NCBI RefSeq assembly: GCF_003545875.1
Contig: NZ_QHCS01000001.1
Location: 1,267,337 to 1,331,336, forward strand
Direction of reading: 5' to 3'
Source: Leptospira stimsonii
GTDB lineage: Bacteria; Spirochaetota; Leptospiria; Leptospirales; Leptospiraceae
DNA: 64,000 bases
How positions within the stretch are numbered: the first letter of the stretch is position 1; the number at the start of each line of letters is the position of its first letter. The notes under the pieces were generated by a model. The model was not told where the DNA came from. It saw nothing but the letters and a program-made list of their open reading frames with translations, and did not search any database. Made by a program: the position numbers and the translations under genes. Positions 34,045 through 46,810 of the stretch are shown piece by piece.

Positions 34045-34642
34045 GTGATTGGTTTCCCCGGTTGTTCTCGAATCCTTTCTTTTTAGAAGCTACAATCTTT
34101 CGAAAGATCGCGTACCCTGAAAAGATAAATACTGCGGAACATAGAATTCCCCACTTTCTGTAGAACAGCTCCGCGCCGGGCGAGAGAAAACCATTTTTCT
34201 GTGCAAGAGCCATGGAAAGCGCAAAAATCGTAAGGAGAGAAAAGGCGCTCAAAAAAAACAAAACCGTGATCCTTAGATTTCGAAGTGTGTTTTCCAAATC
34301 CTTTTTGAATTCCAAAAAACGAGAGTAGAATTCCCTGGTTTCTTCTCCTTCGGAAAGCTTTTGCACTTTATAAAAGGACTCGAATTCTTCCGGAACCTGT
34401 GTCGTGTCCAAAAGTAGGAATTCATAATCCAAAGTCTTATCATATTCTTCTCTTGCCTTGGGAGAACTCAAGACGACGTAGGCTCGGGTTCCTTCTTCTC
34501 GATCCAATTCCAAGGATGGATTCCAAGGGTCCGCCTCTAAGATTTCCAAGAATTCCCGATAGGCGGATTCGATTCTCTCGAGGTCGGAATTCCGGGAAAG
34601 ATTCAAAATCCGGTAGTAGTCGAGTTTGGTATTCACAGCCAT
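34016..34642 (-). CDS. J-domain-like (degenerate, no HPD) membrane-anchored protein
   Basis: N-terminal '[29 protein letters not shown]' resembles a DnaJ J-domain but the HPD tripeptide is replaced (ADPWNPS). One TM helix. Confidence 0.4.
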
Positions 34643-34745
34643 GTTTTTTTGCTTGCGGGAATGGATTTTTAGACGTTCTAAAACCCCTTTCCCTATCCAT
34701 GGAAAACCCCTTTACAGCCGGTCCGGCAAGCAGAAATTCAGTCCT

Positions 34746-36095
34746 ATGAGTGTTCTGGAAGTAGAAAAAAAGGCAGGAAAGGTCTATATCGAGACCTACG
34801 GTTGCCAGATGAATGAATACGATTCCGGGATCGTCGCCAGCCTCATGAAGGACGCAGAATATTCTTCTTCTCCGGACCCAGAAAACTCAGATATTATCTT
34901 TTTAAACACCTGCGCGATCCGTGAAAACGCCCACGCAAAGATCTACAACCGTCTCCAATCCCTCGGATATCTCAAAAAGAGAAATCCGAAACTTGTCATT
35001 GGTGTTTTGGGATGTATGGCCCAAAACCTGGGAGACGATCTTTTTCACCAAGAACTTCCCCTGGATCTGGTCGTAGGACCGGACAACTACAGAAGTCTTC
35101 CCGAACTCATCCAAAGAATTCGTTCCGGAGAAAATTCTCTCGCTCTCACCCGTCTTTCCAAAATCGAAACCTACGACGAGATCGAACCTCGGGTCGTAAA
35201 CGGGATCCAAGCCTTCGTTACGATCATGAGAGGATGCAATAATTTCTGTACTTTCTGCGTGGTTCCTTATACGCGAGGAAGAGAAAGAAGCAGGGATCCG
35301 AAGAGCATCGTCCGCGAAGTTCAGGATCTCGCCGATCAGGGAATTCGTCAGGTGACGCTTCTCGGACAAAACGTAAATTCTTACAAAGAAGAAGGACAGG
35401 ACTTTGCCGGTCTGATTCGGATGCTCTTGGATGAAACTACGATCGAAAGAATCCGTTTTACTTCTCCGCATCCGAAAGACTTTCCTGTACACCTTCTTCA
35501 ACTTATGGCGGAGAATCCCCGTTTTTGTCCGAACATCCATCTTCCTCTCCAAGCTGGAAACACGAGAGTTTTGGAAGAGATGAAACGTTCTTATTCCAAA
35601 GAAGAATTTTTAGAAGTCGTCGCGCAGATCCGAAACATCGTTCCCGACGTGGGACTTACCACCGACATCATCGTAGGTTTTCCGAACGAGACCGAAGAAG
35701 AATTCGAGGACACTCTTGCGGTCGTTCGTGAAGTGAAGTTCGATATGGCCTTTATGTTCAAGTATTCCGAAAGGGAAGGAACGATGGCCCAGAGAAAACT
35801 TCCGGACAACGTTCCCGAAGAAGTGAAATCGGCGAGACTCACCAAACTCGTGGATCTTCAGACTTCCATTTCGCACGAGCAAAATCGTTCTCGGATCGGA
35901 AACGTATATTCCGTTTTGATTGAGAACACTTCCCGCAAATCCGAGAACCAACTCTGCGGAAGAACTCCTTGTGGAAGAATGACCGTGTTTCCTCTTCCCG
36001 AAGGAAAGAACGCTTCTGAAATGATCGGAACTTCCGTAAACGTTCAAATCGAAAGCGCGACGAGCGCGACTCTGAAAGGAAGGATCCTTGCTTGA
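34746..36095 (+). CDS. miaB: tRNA-i6A37 methylthiotransferase MiaB (radical SAM)
   Basis: UPF0004 N-domain '[16 protein letters not shown]', radical-SAM '[11 protein letters not shown]', C-terminal TRAM domain. Start at the first ATG (MSVLEV). Confidence 0.9.
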   Translation: MSVLEVEKKAGKVYIETYGCQMNEYDSGIVASLMKDAEYSSSPDPENSDIIFLNTCAIRENAHAKIYNRLQSLGYLKKRNPKLVIGVLGCMAQNLGDDLFHQELPLDLVVGPDNYRSLPELIQRIRSGENSLALTRLSKIETYDEIEPRVVNGIQAFVTIMRGCNNFCTFCVVPYTRGRERSRDPKSIVREVQDLADQGIRQVTLLGQNVNSYKEEGQDFAGLIRMLLDETTIERIRFTSPHPKDFPVHLLQLMAENPRFCPNIHLPLQAGNTRVLEEMKRSYSKEEFLEVVAQIRNIVPDVGLTTDIIVGFPNETEEEFEDTLAVVREVKFDMAFMFKYSEREGTMAQRKLPDNVPEEVKSARLTKLVDLQTSISHEQNRSRIGNVYSVLIENTSRKSENQLCGRTPCGRMTVFPLPEGKNASEMIGTSVNVQIESATSATLKGRILA

Positions 36096-36400
36096 AGGAT
36101 GGAGACAATCGGAAAAAAGCCTCCGGCAAAAAGTCGGTTGCGCGCTCGTCAGCAAATAAAACAAAACCTTCCGAAGCCGATCTCAAAACAAAGAAGGTAG
36201 TTCCTTCCAAGAAGAATTCGGATTCTTCTCTTTCCAAAAAGATCGCAAAACAAAAAGACTCCATTCTCGGTTATTCGAACGATTCTTCTCCGAAAAAAAA
36301 TACAACGAGCGGAAGCGCTGATTTAAGAACGGTTCGTCTCAGTAGCGTAGAAGACCTTCCTCCGGATTTCAAAGTTCATACAGACAAAAGAAAATTCTAC

Positions 36401-37918
<1,518 letters not shown>

Positions 37919-37956
37919 CCCGGGACAATCCGTTGGTTAGCTTTGGAATTAATACG

Positions 37957-38787
37957 ATGAGTCAAAAAAACGCGATCATTTGGCATCTCACTTCAGGAAA
38001 AGAATTCCCGATTCAGATCTGGAAGCACCCTCGTGTCAATATCGAATTGAGCAAGGTTTCCCTCGACGGACTGAGCGCCATCGATTTAATGAAGGCGGAT
38101 ATCCATATCTTTTTTCTTTCCGTAAATTTTCAAGAATGGAATCATATTCGAGAATTCATACGTAAGTTCGAGCTACATCCCTATGTCAGTTTGATCATGG
38201 TCTACTCCGAAGAATCCGAAAAGATTAACTCGGTCGTTCCCGAAACCGGTAAGATCGAAGTATTGGAACATCCGGTTCATCCGAGAAATCTTCGATTGAT
38301 CTTGGATAGAACGATTCAATCCGAATTTTACAAACTCGCGGCGAACGAAATCGGGAACAGTTGCCTCACCAATATCGGATTTTTTGAAGGAGTTTTCGAA
38401 CTCGCTCAGAAAGAGTATAAGGATGCGGCCAAAGCAAACGAAGCTCTCCAAGCGATCTTAGAATTCGAATCCAAAGTCAAGAAAAACAACGAAGAAATCA
38501 ACAAGGCTCTGGAACGAGTCAATGAACTCAAAAACAAGGAATTGCTCGCTCTTCACGAACGTCTGAAAGTTTCCGAAATTTTGGATTCTATGAAAACCCA
38601 GGAATTGAAAGACGCGTTGGATTTCAAAAAAGCGACGGAACAAGCATTAGATTATTCTCATATAGAAGAGATTCAATTGGATAAGATTCTCGAAGCACAG
38701 GATCGACTTTTCGCCTACACCGAAAAAGAAATCAAAGATCTCATCGAAGAAAATCGAAGTTTGAAAAAAAGACTCGGAATCCAGTAA
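37957..38787 (+). CDS. Hypothetical coiled-coil protein
   Basis: The C-terminal half is strongly heptad/charged ([29 protein letters not shown]...). The start is uncertain; the ORF track gives 37879. Confidence 0.4.
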   Translation: MSQKNAIIWHLTSGKEFPIQIWKHPRVNIELSKVSLDGLSAIDLMKADIHIFFLSVNFQEWNHIREFIRKFELHPYVSLIMVYSEESEKINSVVPETGKIEVLEHPVHPRNLRLILDRTIQSEFYKLAANEIGNSCLTNIGFFEGVFELAQKEYKDAAKANEALQAILEFESKVKKNNEEINKALERVNELKNKELLALHERLKVSEILDSMKTQELKDALDFKKATEQALDYSHIEEIQLDKILEAQDRLFAYTEKEIKDLIEENRSLKKRLGIQ

Positions 38788-39162
38788 AAATCGTTCCAGA
38801 TTGAAGGGATTTTGATTCTTACGTTTTGTAAGGTTCCGATTTCTACGTCGCTCTTATCTAAAGCGAAAAGGGCTTATCCGAAAACCCGAAATGTGGGAAC
38901 TCCTCCGTATTCGATTGACGCAACCAAATCCCATCCCTCGAAATGCAAACGTGAAAGAAATGGAAGTGCTTCCGTAGGAACGATCACAACGTTTCGGATC
39001 GGAAGTTCTAAGAATCCGACTTCAGATTTTCTTGGATGACCGTTCTCATTCCGGAGTTCCGACTCTCAATCTTTCTCTACAAAACTTCGATCGTCGGAAC
39101 AAGAGAACGACCACTGCATTCCGGAGTTTCGACTTTTGCCTTACCGAAAGTTTTTGTTCGCT

Positions 39163-39966
39163 TTAGTCACGAAAGAGTTCCCGCGAAAATTCTTTGAAGT
39201 CAGGAGAATCCTTTCCGAATTTATATTCTGCGTATAAGAGTCCGTGTTTTTTTCGAAGAATATCGTATTTTTCGCGAGCGGAATCATCCCGATTTTTCTT
39301 TGCGACACGATAGGCTCTCTCATAACAATTCGCCAAAAAACCCTGCGCTTCGGAATCCTCGTAGTACTTCGCACCGATTCCGATATATCGTTCGAGGAGG
39401 TCCATCGCTTGGAGAAAATTTTTAAGGACGAGTTGGTGTTTGATGTATTCTCTGTAGATGCCGGCTTGTAATTCTCTAAATCCGTCCGTATCTCTTACTT
39501 TCGGACTTTGAATTCTTTCCAAAGAATTCATAGAAGAAACCAAAAGATGTATGGAATCCGATCTCGCTTTGTTCAGATCTCTTGAGACGGATCTTTCAAA
39601 GTTTTCCTTTCGATTCTTCTTTTGCCATTCGTATCGATCCGCCTCGAATGTCTTCTGTTCGAAGTCCTTTCGTTTGTTTTCCGCAAGTTCGTTCGCTTTT
39701 CGAAAACGATCGAGCGCGCTTCGAAAATCGTCTTTGGATTTTTCAAAATGATTTTTGGAATTCTCCTCGCTCGCATCTCCTAAAATATCGACGTCTTCGA
39801 AAGGAAGAAGATCCTTTCCCCAAGTAGAATCCGGATTACTTCCATCCGGAATCAGAATTTCAATTTTTTTTTCGGACGGGCTTTTGTCCGGAAATACCGA
39901 AGAGGAAAGGAGCAAAAAAGTCCAAACAAAACAGATAAGAATGGAAGAGGATGAAGTTGGTTTCAT
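39163..39966 (-). CDS. Hypothetical lipoprotein/secreted protein
   Basis: Signal peptide '[25 protein letters not shown]'. A dispersed-motif copy lies at the 3' end (39170-39192). Confidence 0.45.
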   Translation of the reverse strand: MKPTSSSSILICFVWTFLLLSSSVFPDKSPSEKKIEILIPDGSNPDSTWGKDLLPFEDVDILGDASEENSKNHFEKSKDDFRSALDRFRKANELAENKRKDFEQKTFEADRYEWQKKNRKENFERSVSRDLNKARSDSIHLLVSSMNSLERIQSPKVRDTDGFRELQAGIYREYIKHQLVLKNFLQAMDLLERYIGIGAKYYEDSEAQGFLANCYERAYRVAKKNRDDSAREKYDILRKKHGLLYAEYKFGKDSPDFKEFSRELFRD

Positions 39967-40114
39967 AGAAGTCGTAGTCTTTCGAAGATCGTGAACAAGG
40001 TTTCAAAATGGAATGCGAATGGAAAAAAAATATCTCAGGTCAATTTAGGATTGGTCGCAAAAGGGCGTCATCAAAAAATTAGATTGAAAACAAACATTAA
40101 AAGAGTAACGAAGA

Positions 40115-40564
40115 ATGAAAGAAGTCCAGGTTCCGGCCACAAAAAGGATCGCTTTAGTGGCACACGATAATAGGAAGAATGATTTGGTAGAATGGGCTAA
40201 AACCCATAGGGAGATATTGTCCAGGCACCATCTCTTCGGAACCGGGACGACCGGAAAGTTGATAAACGAAGAAGCGGAACTTCCCGTCTATAGATTCTTG
40301 TCCGGACCACTGGGAGGGGATCAACAGATCGGCGCGAAAATCGCGGAAGGAGATCTGGATATCGTGATTTTTTTCTGGGATCCGTTGACTGCGCAACCCC
40401 ATGATCCGGACGTAAAGGCGTTACTTCGAATTGCAGTACTTTATAATATACCGATGGCGTGCAATCGTTCGACCGCAGATTATATGATTAGTTCTCCTCA
40501 ATTTATCAACTCGTATAAGAAAGTTCTGATCGACTATGACACGAGAATCAAAAAGAATCCTTAG
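40115..40564 (+). CDS. mgsA: Methylglyoxal synthase
   Basis: 'IALVAHDNRKNDLVEWAK...LFGTGTTGKLI...GPLGGDQQIGA...DPLTAQPHDPDVKALLR' matches MgsA along its whole length (149 aa). Confidence 0.9.
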   Translation: MKEVQVPATKRIALVAHDNRKNDLVEWAKTHREILSRHHLFGTGTTGKLINEEAELPVYRFLSGPLGGDQQIGAKIAEGDLDIVIFFWDPLTAQPHDPDVKALLRIAVLYNIPMACNRSTADYMISSPQFINSYKKVLIDYDTRIKKNP

Positions 40565-41030
40565 GACCGCAGGTTACATTCTTCCAAGAAACCGAAAGTT
40601 GTTTCGCGGTGATCTCATGTCGTTTTAGAAATTGTTTCTTCAACATAGAAAGAACAACGGGAGAGGACAAAAAATGAATCGGGGCTTCGAAAAAAATTCT
40701 ATCTTCCAGTTGAGATCGGCCCCCTTCTGTGGGGCTAAATAGGTGTTCGTGAAGGAAGAATGGGAAAGGGCCTTTTTTTTGAATGTCGACAAATCGCTCG
40801 TTTTGCGAATATTCCAAATGTTCCGCGATCCACGTCCAAGAGAAAAACGGAAACGGCCTGACTTTCAGAATCGCGATGGCGCCCGGACGAATGTTCCCCG
40901 GTTTTTGAATCACTTCCACGTTTGAGTCGGCGCCGACCAAACTTGCGAAACCATTCGGAGATTCGTGGAACGCGAAAAGCCTTTCCACGTCGCAATCAAA
41001 AATGGATTTGCAAATAAATTCGGATTCCAC
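40548..41030 (-). CDS. SRPBCC (START/polyketide-cyclase-like) family protein
   Basis: 160-aa protein with the size and hydrophobic-pocket pattern of SRPBCC. Weak motif evidence only. Confidence 0.45.
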   Translation of the reverse strand: MESEFICKSIFDCDVERLFAFHESPNGFASLVGADSNVEVIQKPGNIRPGAIAILKVRPFPFFSWTWIAEHLEYSQNERFVDIQKKGPFPFFLHEHLFSPTEGGRSQLEDRIFFEAPIHFLSSPVVLSMLKKQFLKRHEITAKQLSVSWKNVTCGPKDSF

Positions 41031-41084
41031 AAAGACTTTGACCTAGGCGATGATAGAATTTCGACGGATTCAAAGTAAAATTCC

Positions 41085-41687
41085 ATGATTCTAAAATTTT
41101 TTAAGAATTTATCCTCTACTTCGGAGATGATTCTATCTCCGCTTCAATTTTCGAACACGGCGATCGCAGTGATTCAAAAGCATTTGGAAACCAGATTGGA
41201 TTCTGCGTTTCAGATTCGAATCGAAAGAAAAAAACATCGAGTCGACGTTCAAGTCGGTTACGATCAAAAAAAGAATCAAAAGACGCTCCATTCTTATCCG
41301 ATTCGTTTGGAAATATCCAAAGAAGACGAAATTTGTCTGGAAGGTTCTCGTTTGGATTGGGACGAGGAAAATCGAGATTTTCGAATCTATCCGGACATCG
41401 ATTTGGAAATCGAATACGGGCTGTTTAAAAATCGTTTTCGGATCGAGACCAATCGTTTTTTATTTGAGGACGAAAGAAAAAGGGAGATTTTTAGATCAGG
41501 AAAATTTCCGGAATGGTTGCCGGAAGAATGGAGTATATTCGAAATTTCTAAAATAGAAATCCAAGGAAGAATTTGGAACTTATTTTTAGAAACGAGGCTG
41601 AATTCGGAAAAGATTCTCGAGATCGAAAAAAAGATCGCTGATTGGATCTTGGACTATTTCAGCGAGTTTCCAAAAAGAAGAATTTAA
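41085..41687 (+). CDS. Hypothetical protein
   Basis: 200-aa ORF, charged, no motif. Confidence 0.35.
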   Translation: MILKFFKNLSSTSEMILSPLQFSNTAIAVIQKHLETRLDSAFQIRIERKKHRVDVQVGYDQKKNQKTLHSYPIRLEISKEDEICLEGSRLDWDEENRDFRIYPDIDLEIEYGLFKNRFRIETNRFLFEDERKREIFRSGKFPEWLPEEWSIFEISKIEIQGRIWNLFLETRLNSEKILEIEKKIADWILDYFSEFPKRRI

Positions 41688-43693
41688 CGTTTCCAGAGAA
41701 TCCGATCCCCTTCGGAAATCGTTTTCAATCCGTTGATACCGTTATCCGGAACAGCTCTCGAAAGGAAATAATCCGTTTCTTCCACCGTTGCTTCCCCCGA
41801 TTTTCCGGAAGTGTTGTAGATTTGAACTTTGGAGCCTTTCTTTAAACCGTCCAGCGTTCCTGCATTGATGATGATATCTTCGTCCTTAACTTTGACGATC
41901 GATGCGGAGGGCGGAATCGAAGCGAGAATTTTAGAAGCGGATCTGGTAGCGACCTCCGGAAGAAAATCCCGCCCCTTCGCGAAGACCCGAAAGGTAGTAA
42001 GAATTTTCTCGTGCTTCGTGTCTTTTATCGTCCAATCGACGTTCAGAGAATGATTTTCGTATTTTAGAGATCCGTAAACTACGAATCTCGGCTTCGACCC
42101 GTTCTTAACCGATTCTTTGACTTTGAAAAATGAGGACTCGGAGTAGGGGAGAATTCCCGTATAATTATCCGAGGTTAGATTGAGAGCAGATGGATTACTT
42201 CTCGCAGATTCCAATGCTCCGGAAAGATAGATCGTAGGGTTTAGAGAAAGAATTTTACGAACCGAAGAGGATACCAGGAGAGATAGATCGGGATAATCAC
42301 CTAAGAAGGATTTGTCGACAAGATCGAAAACGAGAAGAACGGGCGGAGTTCTTCCGTAATTTTCGAGGAGATTGTCCCCTGTGATTTGGATCATTCCTTC
42401 CTTATAGCCGATCGATTGTTTCATAGAGTTCAGGAGATTTTCTATCTCATACTGATACTTTTCGTTTTCCGGATATTTCTTTCTTAAGAATAAAAGAAGA
42501 TTCAAATAACGCGGAAAAAATCCGGTTCTTTTGTATTCGGAAAGAGTTTGGAATTGGACCTCTGGTTGACCGGGAATCAATTCTCTTGCTGATGCGAGAT
42601 GATGAGAGGACATATCGTAGAGGAGAGAATTCTTGGAGGAACGAAAACGTTGCATTCTATATTCGCCCAATTTTCTTCGGAAGGAATGGTTCTCAGGGAA
42701 ATGAACGAGTGCGACCGATTCCGCTTTTTGCCTCGTGATGGAATCCAAATCATCCAATCGTACTATTTCTGTTAAATCGTTTTTGAGGGATTCCTTACTC
42801 GGGGAAGAAGAATCCTTATTCGCCTCTTTTTCCTCAGCAAACGCCTTTAGATAAAGAAAGGACGGATTTTGCGGATAGAGCGAAACAAGTTTTCGAGAAA
42901 GAGCAACGGCAGAGGCAAAGTCGTTTTGCCAGATGCGTATTCTTGTAAGCGCGTCAATTGCCTCTTCAAAATCCGGATAAAGAGAAATCGCACGTTCTAA
43001 TTTTTCGGAAGCGGCTTCGAGCTTTTGTTTTCTTTCCGAGACCGGACTCTTTTCCGCCCAATCGATTAAGAGTTGCGCGAGATGAAAAAAGAGATCTGGA
43101 TCATCGGAAGAATTCGAAAGGACTCCGTTCCAGAGGTGATAAGCTTTGGAGAAGTTTCCAGTCTTTCCGTTTACTTTCGCTTCTAAAATTTGAACTTCTT
43201 TAGAATTTTGTAATTTAGATCGGGAAGCTTCCAGTCGTTTTAGGGCAGATTCGAAACTTCCCATTTCTAAAAGGATTTGAATTTGTACCGGTGCAAGGAT
43301 CGGGTCGAACGGATCCGTATCCAATGATGTTCGTAAGAGATTGAGAGCGTTCTGATATTCTTTTTTTCTAGCGAATGCTAAAGCCGCACCCTTCAGCGCA
43401 TTTTTGTTTTCGGGCTCTAAGGCTAACGCCTTGTTGAAGGATTCAAAGGACTCGTTGTATTTATGAAGATGTTTTGCCGATTCAGCCAAACCTAAAAGAG
43501 AACGGATCGACATCGGATTTGCTTTGACTGCATCGGTGAAAGACTGATAAGCTCCGGTATAATTTCTTTCCTTTAGAAGGAGTTCCCCTTCTTGTATTTT
43601 ACGAACGGTTTCCTGAGAGCTCGCTGAGGATCCAAAAAGAAGGACCAAAGAAAAAATCAGAAAACGTTTTTGTAGAAGAAGACGGAAAATCAT
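41684..43693 (-). CDS. TPR-repeat lipoprotein with C-terminal beta-rich domain
   Basis: Signal peptide, then >8 TPR-like repeats. 4-nt overlap with the upstream NHL gene (operon). Confidence 0.6.
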   Translation of the reverse strand: MIFRLLLQKRFLIFSLVLLFGSSASSQETVRKIQEGELLLKERNYTGAYQSFTDAVKANPMSIRSLLGLAESAKHLHKYNESFESFNKALALEPENKNALKGAALAFARKKEYQNALNLLRTSLDTDPFDPILAPVQIQILLEMGSFESALKRLEASRSKLQNSKEVQILEAKVNGKTGNFSKAYHLWNGVLSNSSDDPDLFFHLAQLLIDWAEKSPVSERKQKLEAASEKLERAISLYPDFEEAIDALTRIRIWQNDFASAVALSRKLVSLYPQNPSFLYLKAFAEEKEANKDSSSPSKESLKNDLTEIVRLDDLDSITRQKAESVALVHFPENHSFRRKLGEYRMQRFRSSKNSLLYDMSSHHLASARELIPGQPEVQFQTLSEYKRTGFFPRYLNLLLFLRKKYPENEKYQYEIENLLNSMKQSIGYKEGMIQITGDNLLENYGRTPPVLLVFDLVDKSFLGDYPDLSLLVSSSVRKILSLNPTIYLSGALESARSNPSALNLTSDNYTGILPYSESSFFKVKESVKNGSKPRFVVYGSLKYENHSLNVDWTIKDTKHEKILTTFRVFAKGRDFLPEVATRSASKILASIPPSASIVKVKDEDIIINAGTLDGLKKGSKVQIYNTSGKSGEATVEETDYFLSRAVPDNGINGLKTISEGDRILWKR

Positions 43694-45771
43694 TTTGTAA
43701 AAAATCCCGCTTCGGCTTTACCAGAGGCGTTTCGAAAATTCGCTTCTAAGACGAGAGGTATGTAGAAGTCCTTTTTGTCCGCGTCCACTCTACTCTTGAA
43801 AGAAACGATATAACGTCTGTCTTTATGAGAAACAATGGATTCGTAGAGAGTTTTTTCCTGACCTTCTCCCGGGATCAGTATGAATTTTCCACCGGTAGAA
43901 TTGGCTATCGTCTTATAGATTTCAACCGAAGGCCCGACATCCGAGAGAGATAAAAAATAGATCGGGATCGAGTGTGCTTTCGAATAACGGATGATTTTTT
44001 CCGGAGAAATTTGAGTAAAAGAATCCGGATTGGAATTACCGGATACTAACACGAGGACCGCTCTCGGCCCGAGACGATCTAAAAGATCGGTGATTCCGCG
44101 ATAAATTGACTTTCCCGTTTTTGATGACGAATCATTAGGAGAAGTTCGTAATATTCTAAAAATCTCATGCATTGAATAATTGAAATCGGATGCTTTTATG
44201 AGTTCAGTGCCGGAACGGAGAACTTCCACTCCGTCGTATTGTCGTAAGGAAGTAAGAAGTGGACGAAGTGATTTTTCAAAAACGGAATAAGCGGTTTTGA
44301 CTTCGGGAGTGTTCTCATAGATAAGGGATAGAGAAATTCTATTATTATATTGTTGCATATCAGCGAGTCCGATAAGCGGAGAAAGATTTCCGTATTCGTA
44401 GACTTTAAATGAATTCCTTGGAATCGCTTTTATATCGCGTCCCGATCGGTCTCTGACTCTTAAGAAAATGGATATATCGGGATATTCCCTATTTAGGACC
44501 TTTTCTACTACGAGATCCAGATTGGAAGAGAGTTGATTCGCCGGGCTGAAAATTTCTACGCGATGCCGATTGAAATCTGCGATGTACTGAGTTCCCGTAT
44601 AATCAAAGACCGAAGAAAAAGGTTGATTCAGTTTCCGGATTACATTTTTGGAATCTCGAAAGGAATCCAGAGCTTTCCAAGTATTTTCCAGCGTGTTATA
44701 AACGACAAGACCGGATTTTTCATCTGCAACGTGTATTTCATTTTTCCGAATCGTGAGATTACGAGGAGAAGATAGAATATTTGGATTTGTGATCTCTCTT
44801 AGGAAATTTCCCTCCGAGTCGAAAACCGCAATGCGAGAGTTCCCTCGATCGGCGACGTAGATTTCTCCTTTCGCATTGACCTTGATTCCGGAAGGATTTC
44901 GAAGAGTTCCGACTCCGATCTCTTGGAGGAAGGTGCCGTCGGGTTTAAGTTTTTGAACCCGGTTATTTCCGGAATCGGAAACAAAGAGATATCCGTCCTT
45001 CGTGAAAAAAATTCCAGTAGGACCATGGAATTCCCCTGAGGCTTTTCCTGTTTTTCCAAAGCGATTTCGATATTCTCCTCTCGTATTGAACTCATAAATC
45101 TTATCTGCTTTGAAATCGGAGACAAAAATTGAGGTTCCACGGAGAGAAAAGAAGAGGGGACCGGATAAATTCCGACCTAGGGAGCCCTTAAAATTATCTA
45201 CTGGATTTCCGTTTGGGTCAAATTTTACGATATTTGCCGTATCAAACGAAAGTACGTAGAGAAATCCATCATCATCGATCGCAACATCGGAAGGGTTTCT
45301 GAATCGAAACCGTCTGAGTTCGTCACCTAAAAGCGCAGAATAATACTTTATCCCAGCATCCTGACTCCCACCTGCGAGACTGATTCGGAGTGCATCTAAT
45401 CTTGCTTTTTGAATCTGGTTAAGCCCAGTATTACCTTCAATTTGTTCTAACTCCGACATACTTTCTGGCCAATCGCCTGAAAGATAATAAGAATTAGAGA
45501 GAAGAAGCCTCGCTAAAGTAAAGTCGCTCTTGATTGAAAGCGCCTTAAGAAAGCTTTCTCGAGAAGATGAATACTGAGCGTTATTAAAGTAGGAGAAACC
45601 CCTAGAAAAATGCGTCCTTGCCTCTTTTTCCTGGATAGAAAAATTTGGAAGCCCGTCGGAATTCAAAGAAAAAGATGTTAAGAATACTAATAGGAGGATA
45701 AGAAATCGATTAGAGTGCATAATTGAATTCTTACATTTGCTCCAATCTCTATCAACGTTGAAAAGAGACAT
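43690..45771 (-). CDS. TPR plus NHL-repeat (six-bladed beta-propeller) protein
   Basis: NHL units 'GEFHGPTGIFFTKDGYLFVSDSGNNRVQK', 'LRNPSGIKVNAKGEIYVADRGNSRIAVF', 'LSSPRNLTIRKNEIHVADEKSGLV'. Confidence 0.7.
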   Translation of the reverse strand: MSLFNVDRDWSKCKNSIMHSNRFLILLLVFLTSFSLNSDGLPNFSIQEKEARTHFSRGFSYFNNAQYSSSRESFLKALSIKSDFTLARLLLSNSYYLSGDWPESMSELEQIEGNTGLNQIQKARLDALRISLAGGSQDAGIKYYSALLGDELRRFRFRNPSDVAIDDDGFLYVLSFDTANIVKFDPNGNPVDNFKGSLGRNLSGPLFFSLRGTSIFVSDFKADKIYEFNTRGEYRNRFGKTGKASGEFHGPTGIFFTKDGYLFVSDSGNNRVQKLKPDGTFLQEIGVGTLRNPSGIKVNAKGEIYVADRGNSRIAVFDSEGNFLREITNPNILSSPRNLTIRKNEIHVADEKSGLVVYNTLENTWKALDSFRDSKNVIRKLNQPFSSVFDYTGTQYIADFNRHRVEIFSPANQLSSNLDLVVEKVLNREYPDISIFLRVRDRSGRDIKAIPRNSFKVYEYGNLSPLIGLADMQQYNNRISLSLIYENTPEVKTAYSVFEKSLRPLLTSLRQYDGVEVLRSGTELIKASDFNYSMHEIFRILRTSPNDSSSKTGKSIYRGITDLLDRLGPRAVLVLVSGNSNPDSFTQISPEKIIRYSKAHSIPIYFLSLSDVGPSVEIYKTIANSTGGKFILIPGEGQEKTLYESIVSHKDRRYIVSFKSRVDADKKDFYIPLVLEANFRNASGKAEAGFFTK

Positions 45772-45863
45772 AATTTCAAGAATTTTTTACGAAAGCGGGA
45801 GGAATAAACCTTATAAAAGTGTGAAACACTTCTCGTTTTTTGAGAAAAAAGGTTAAAACTATC

Positions 45864-46187
45864 CTAACCACTTAGAGGTCGAAATTCTATTGGTCTGCCC
45901 GTTCTCGGGAATATACTTTTAAGTTTCGAATTTCGTAAAGGTTGAAGAGGTCGGAATTCTTGACGGAAAATGTCTTTAGAAATAGCATTTTGGATTCGAG
46001 GGTAGCCTTCTGAGTTGATCGGAGAGCGATTTTTTTTCCAGTTTTCGTGACGCTCGAGCCAGATTTCTCGTTTCGCACGATTTTCAAGGAGTTCGCTCCG
46101 CGTTTCCCGGAGAAGAAAATCTAGAATAAAGATATAGTTCCGAAATCTTTTTTCTATCTGATTCAATTCTTCCAAGGAGACTTCCAT
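45864..46187 (-). CDS. Hypothetical protein
   Basis: 107-aa ORF, no motif. Confidence 0.25.
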   Translation of the reverse strand: MEVSLEELNQIEKRFRNYIFILDFLLRETRSELLENRAKREIWLERHENWKKNRSPINSEGYPRIQNAISKDIFRQEFRPLQPLRNSKLKSIFPRTGRPIEFRPLSG

Positions 46188-46229
46188 ACTACATTGAATA
46201 TCGGAATCTATCGAGAAAAATGGAAAAAA

Positions 46230-46775
46230 TTATGCAGTATTCAACTCAAAATTTCTTCTTCTCGAAAGTCGCTTTAGGATCATTCTCTTATTCGAAAAAA
46301 TCGTATAATAAAAATAGATTGGATTTACCGTTCCCTTTTCTAACCTTAGGATCTCAGTTTTCTCATTTTGAAGAGATATATCTTCGTCTCTATCGCTATC
46401 TACGAGTCCTGAAAAAAATTTACAAATGGAAATTCCGAAATAAAAGCCCACAAGTTTAGCCTCATACCAATCTTGATGATCCGGTCGAAACGAAAGTCGA
46501 ATTAGATTTTGTCTTTTCGATTGGTATAGCGTTTTTCGAAAAGCTGTGTCGGGAAATTTGGAGAAGAGATTCTTGTTCTGAAATTTTATGATTAGATAGT
46601 GAAAGTAGTTTTTAAGATTGCCGTGTCTCCTAATTCTCTTCCTTAGAAATCCTTCCAAATGTTTTGGAATGAGCAAATCGGAAGGACCAACTGATCTCTT
46701 GGATTTGCCATGAAACTCGGTGAACTCTTGAATTTGATTCATTCTTCTTTTCTCCTCTAAAGAATACAGTTCCAA
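46230..46775 (-). CDS. Hypothetical protein
   Basis: 181-aa ORF, no motif. Confidence 0.3.
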   Translation of the reverse strand: MELYSLEEKRRMNQIQEFTEFHGKSKRSVGPSDLLIPKHLEGFLRKRIRRHGNLKNYFHYLIIKFQNKNLFSKFPDTAFRKTLYQSKRQNLIRLSFRPDHQDWYEAKLVGFYFGISICKFFSGLVDSDRDEDISLQNEKTEILRLEKGTVNPIYFYYTIFSNKRMILKRLSRRRNFELNTA

Positions 46776-46810
46776 GAGGTGATCTTAAAAGACAAAGATG
46801 TTGAATTTTT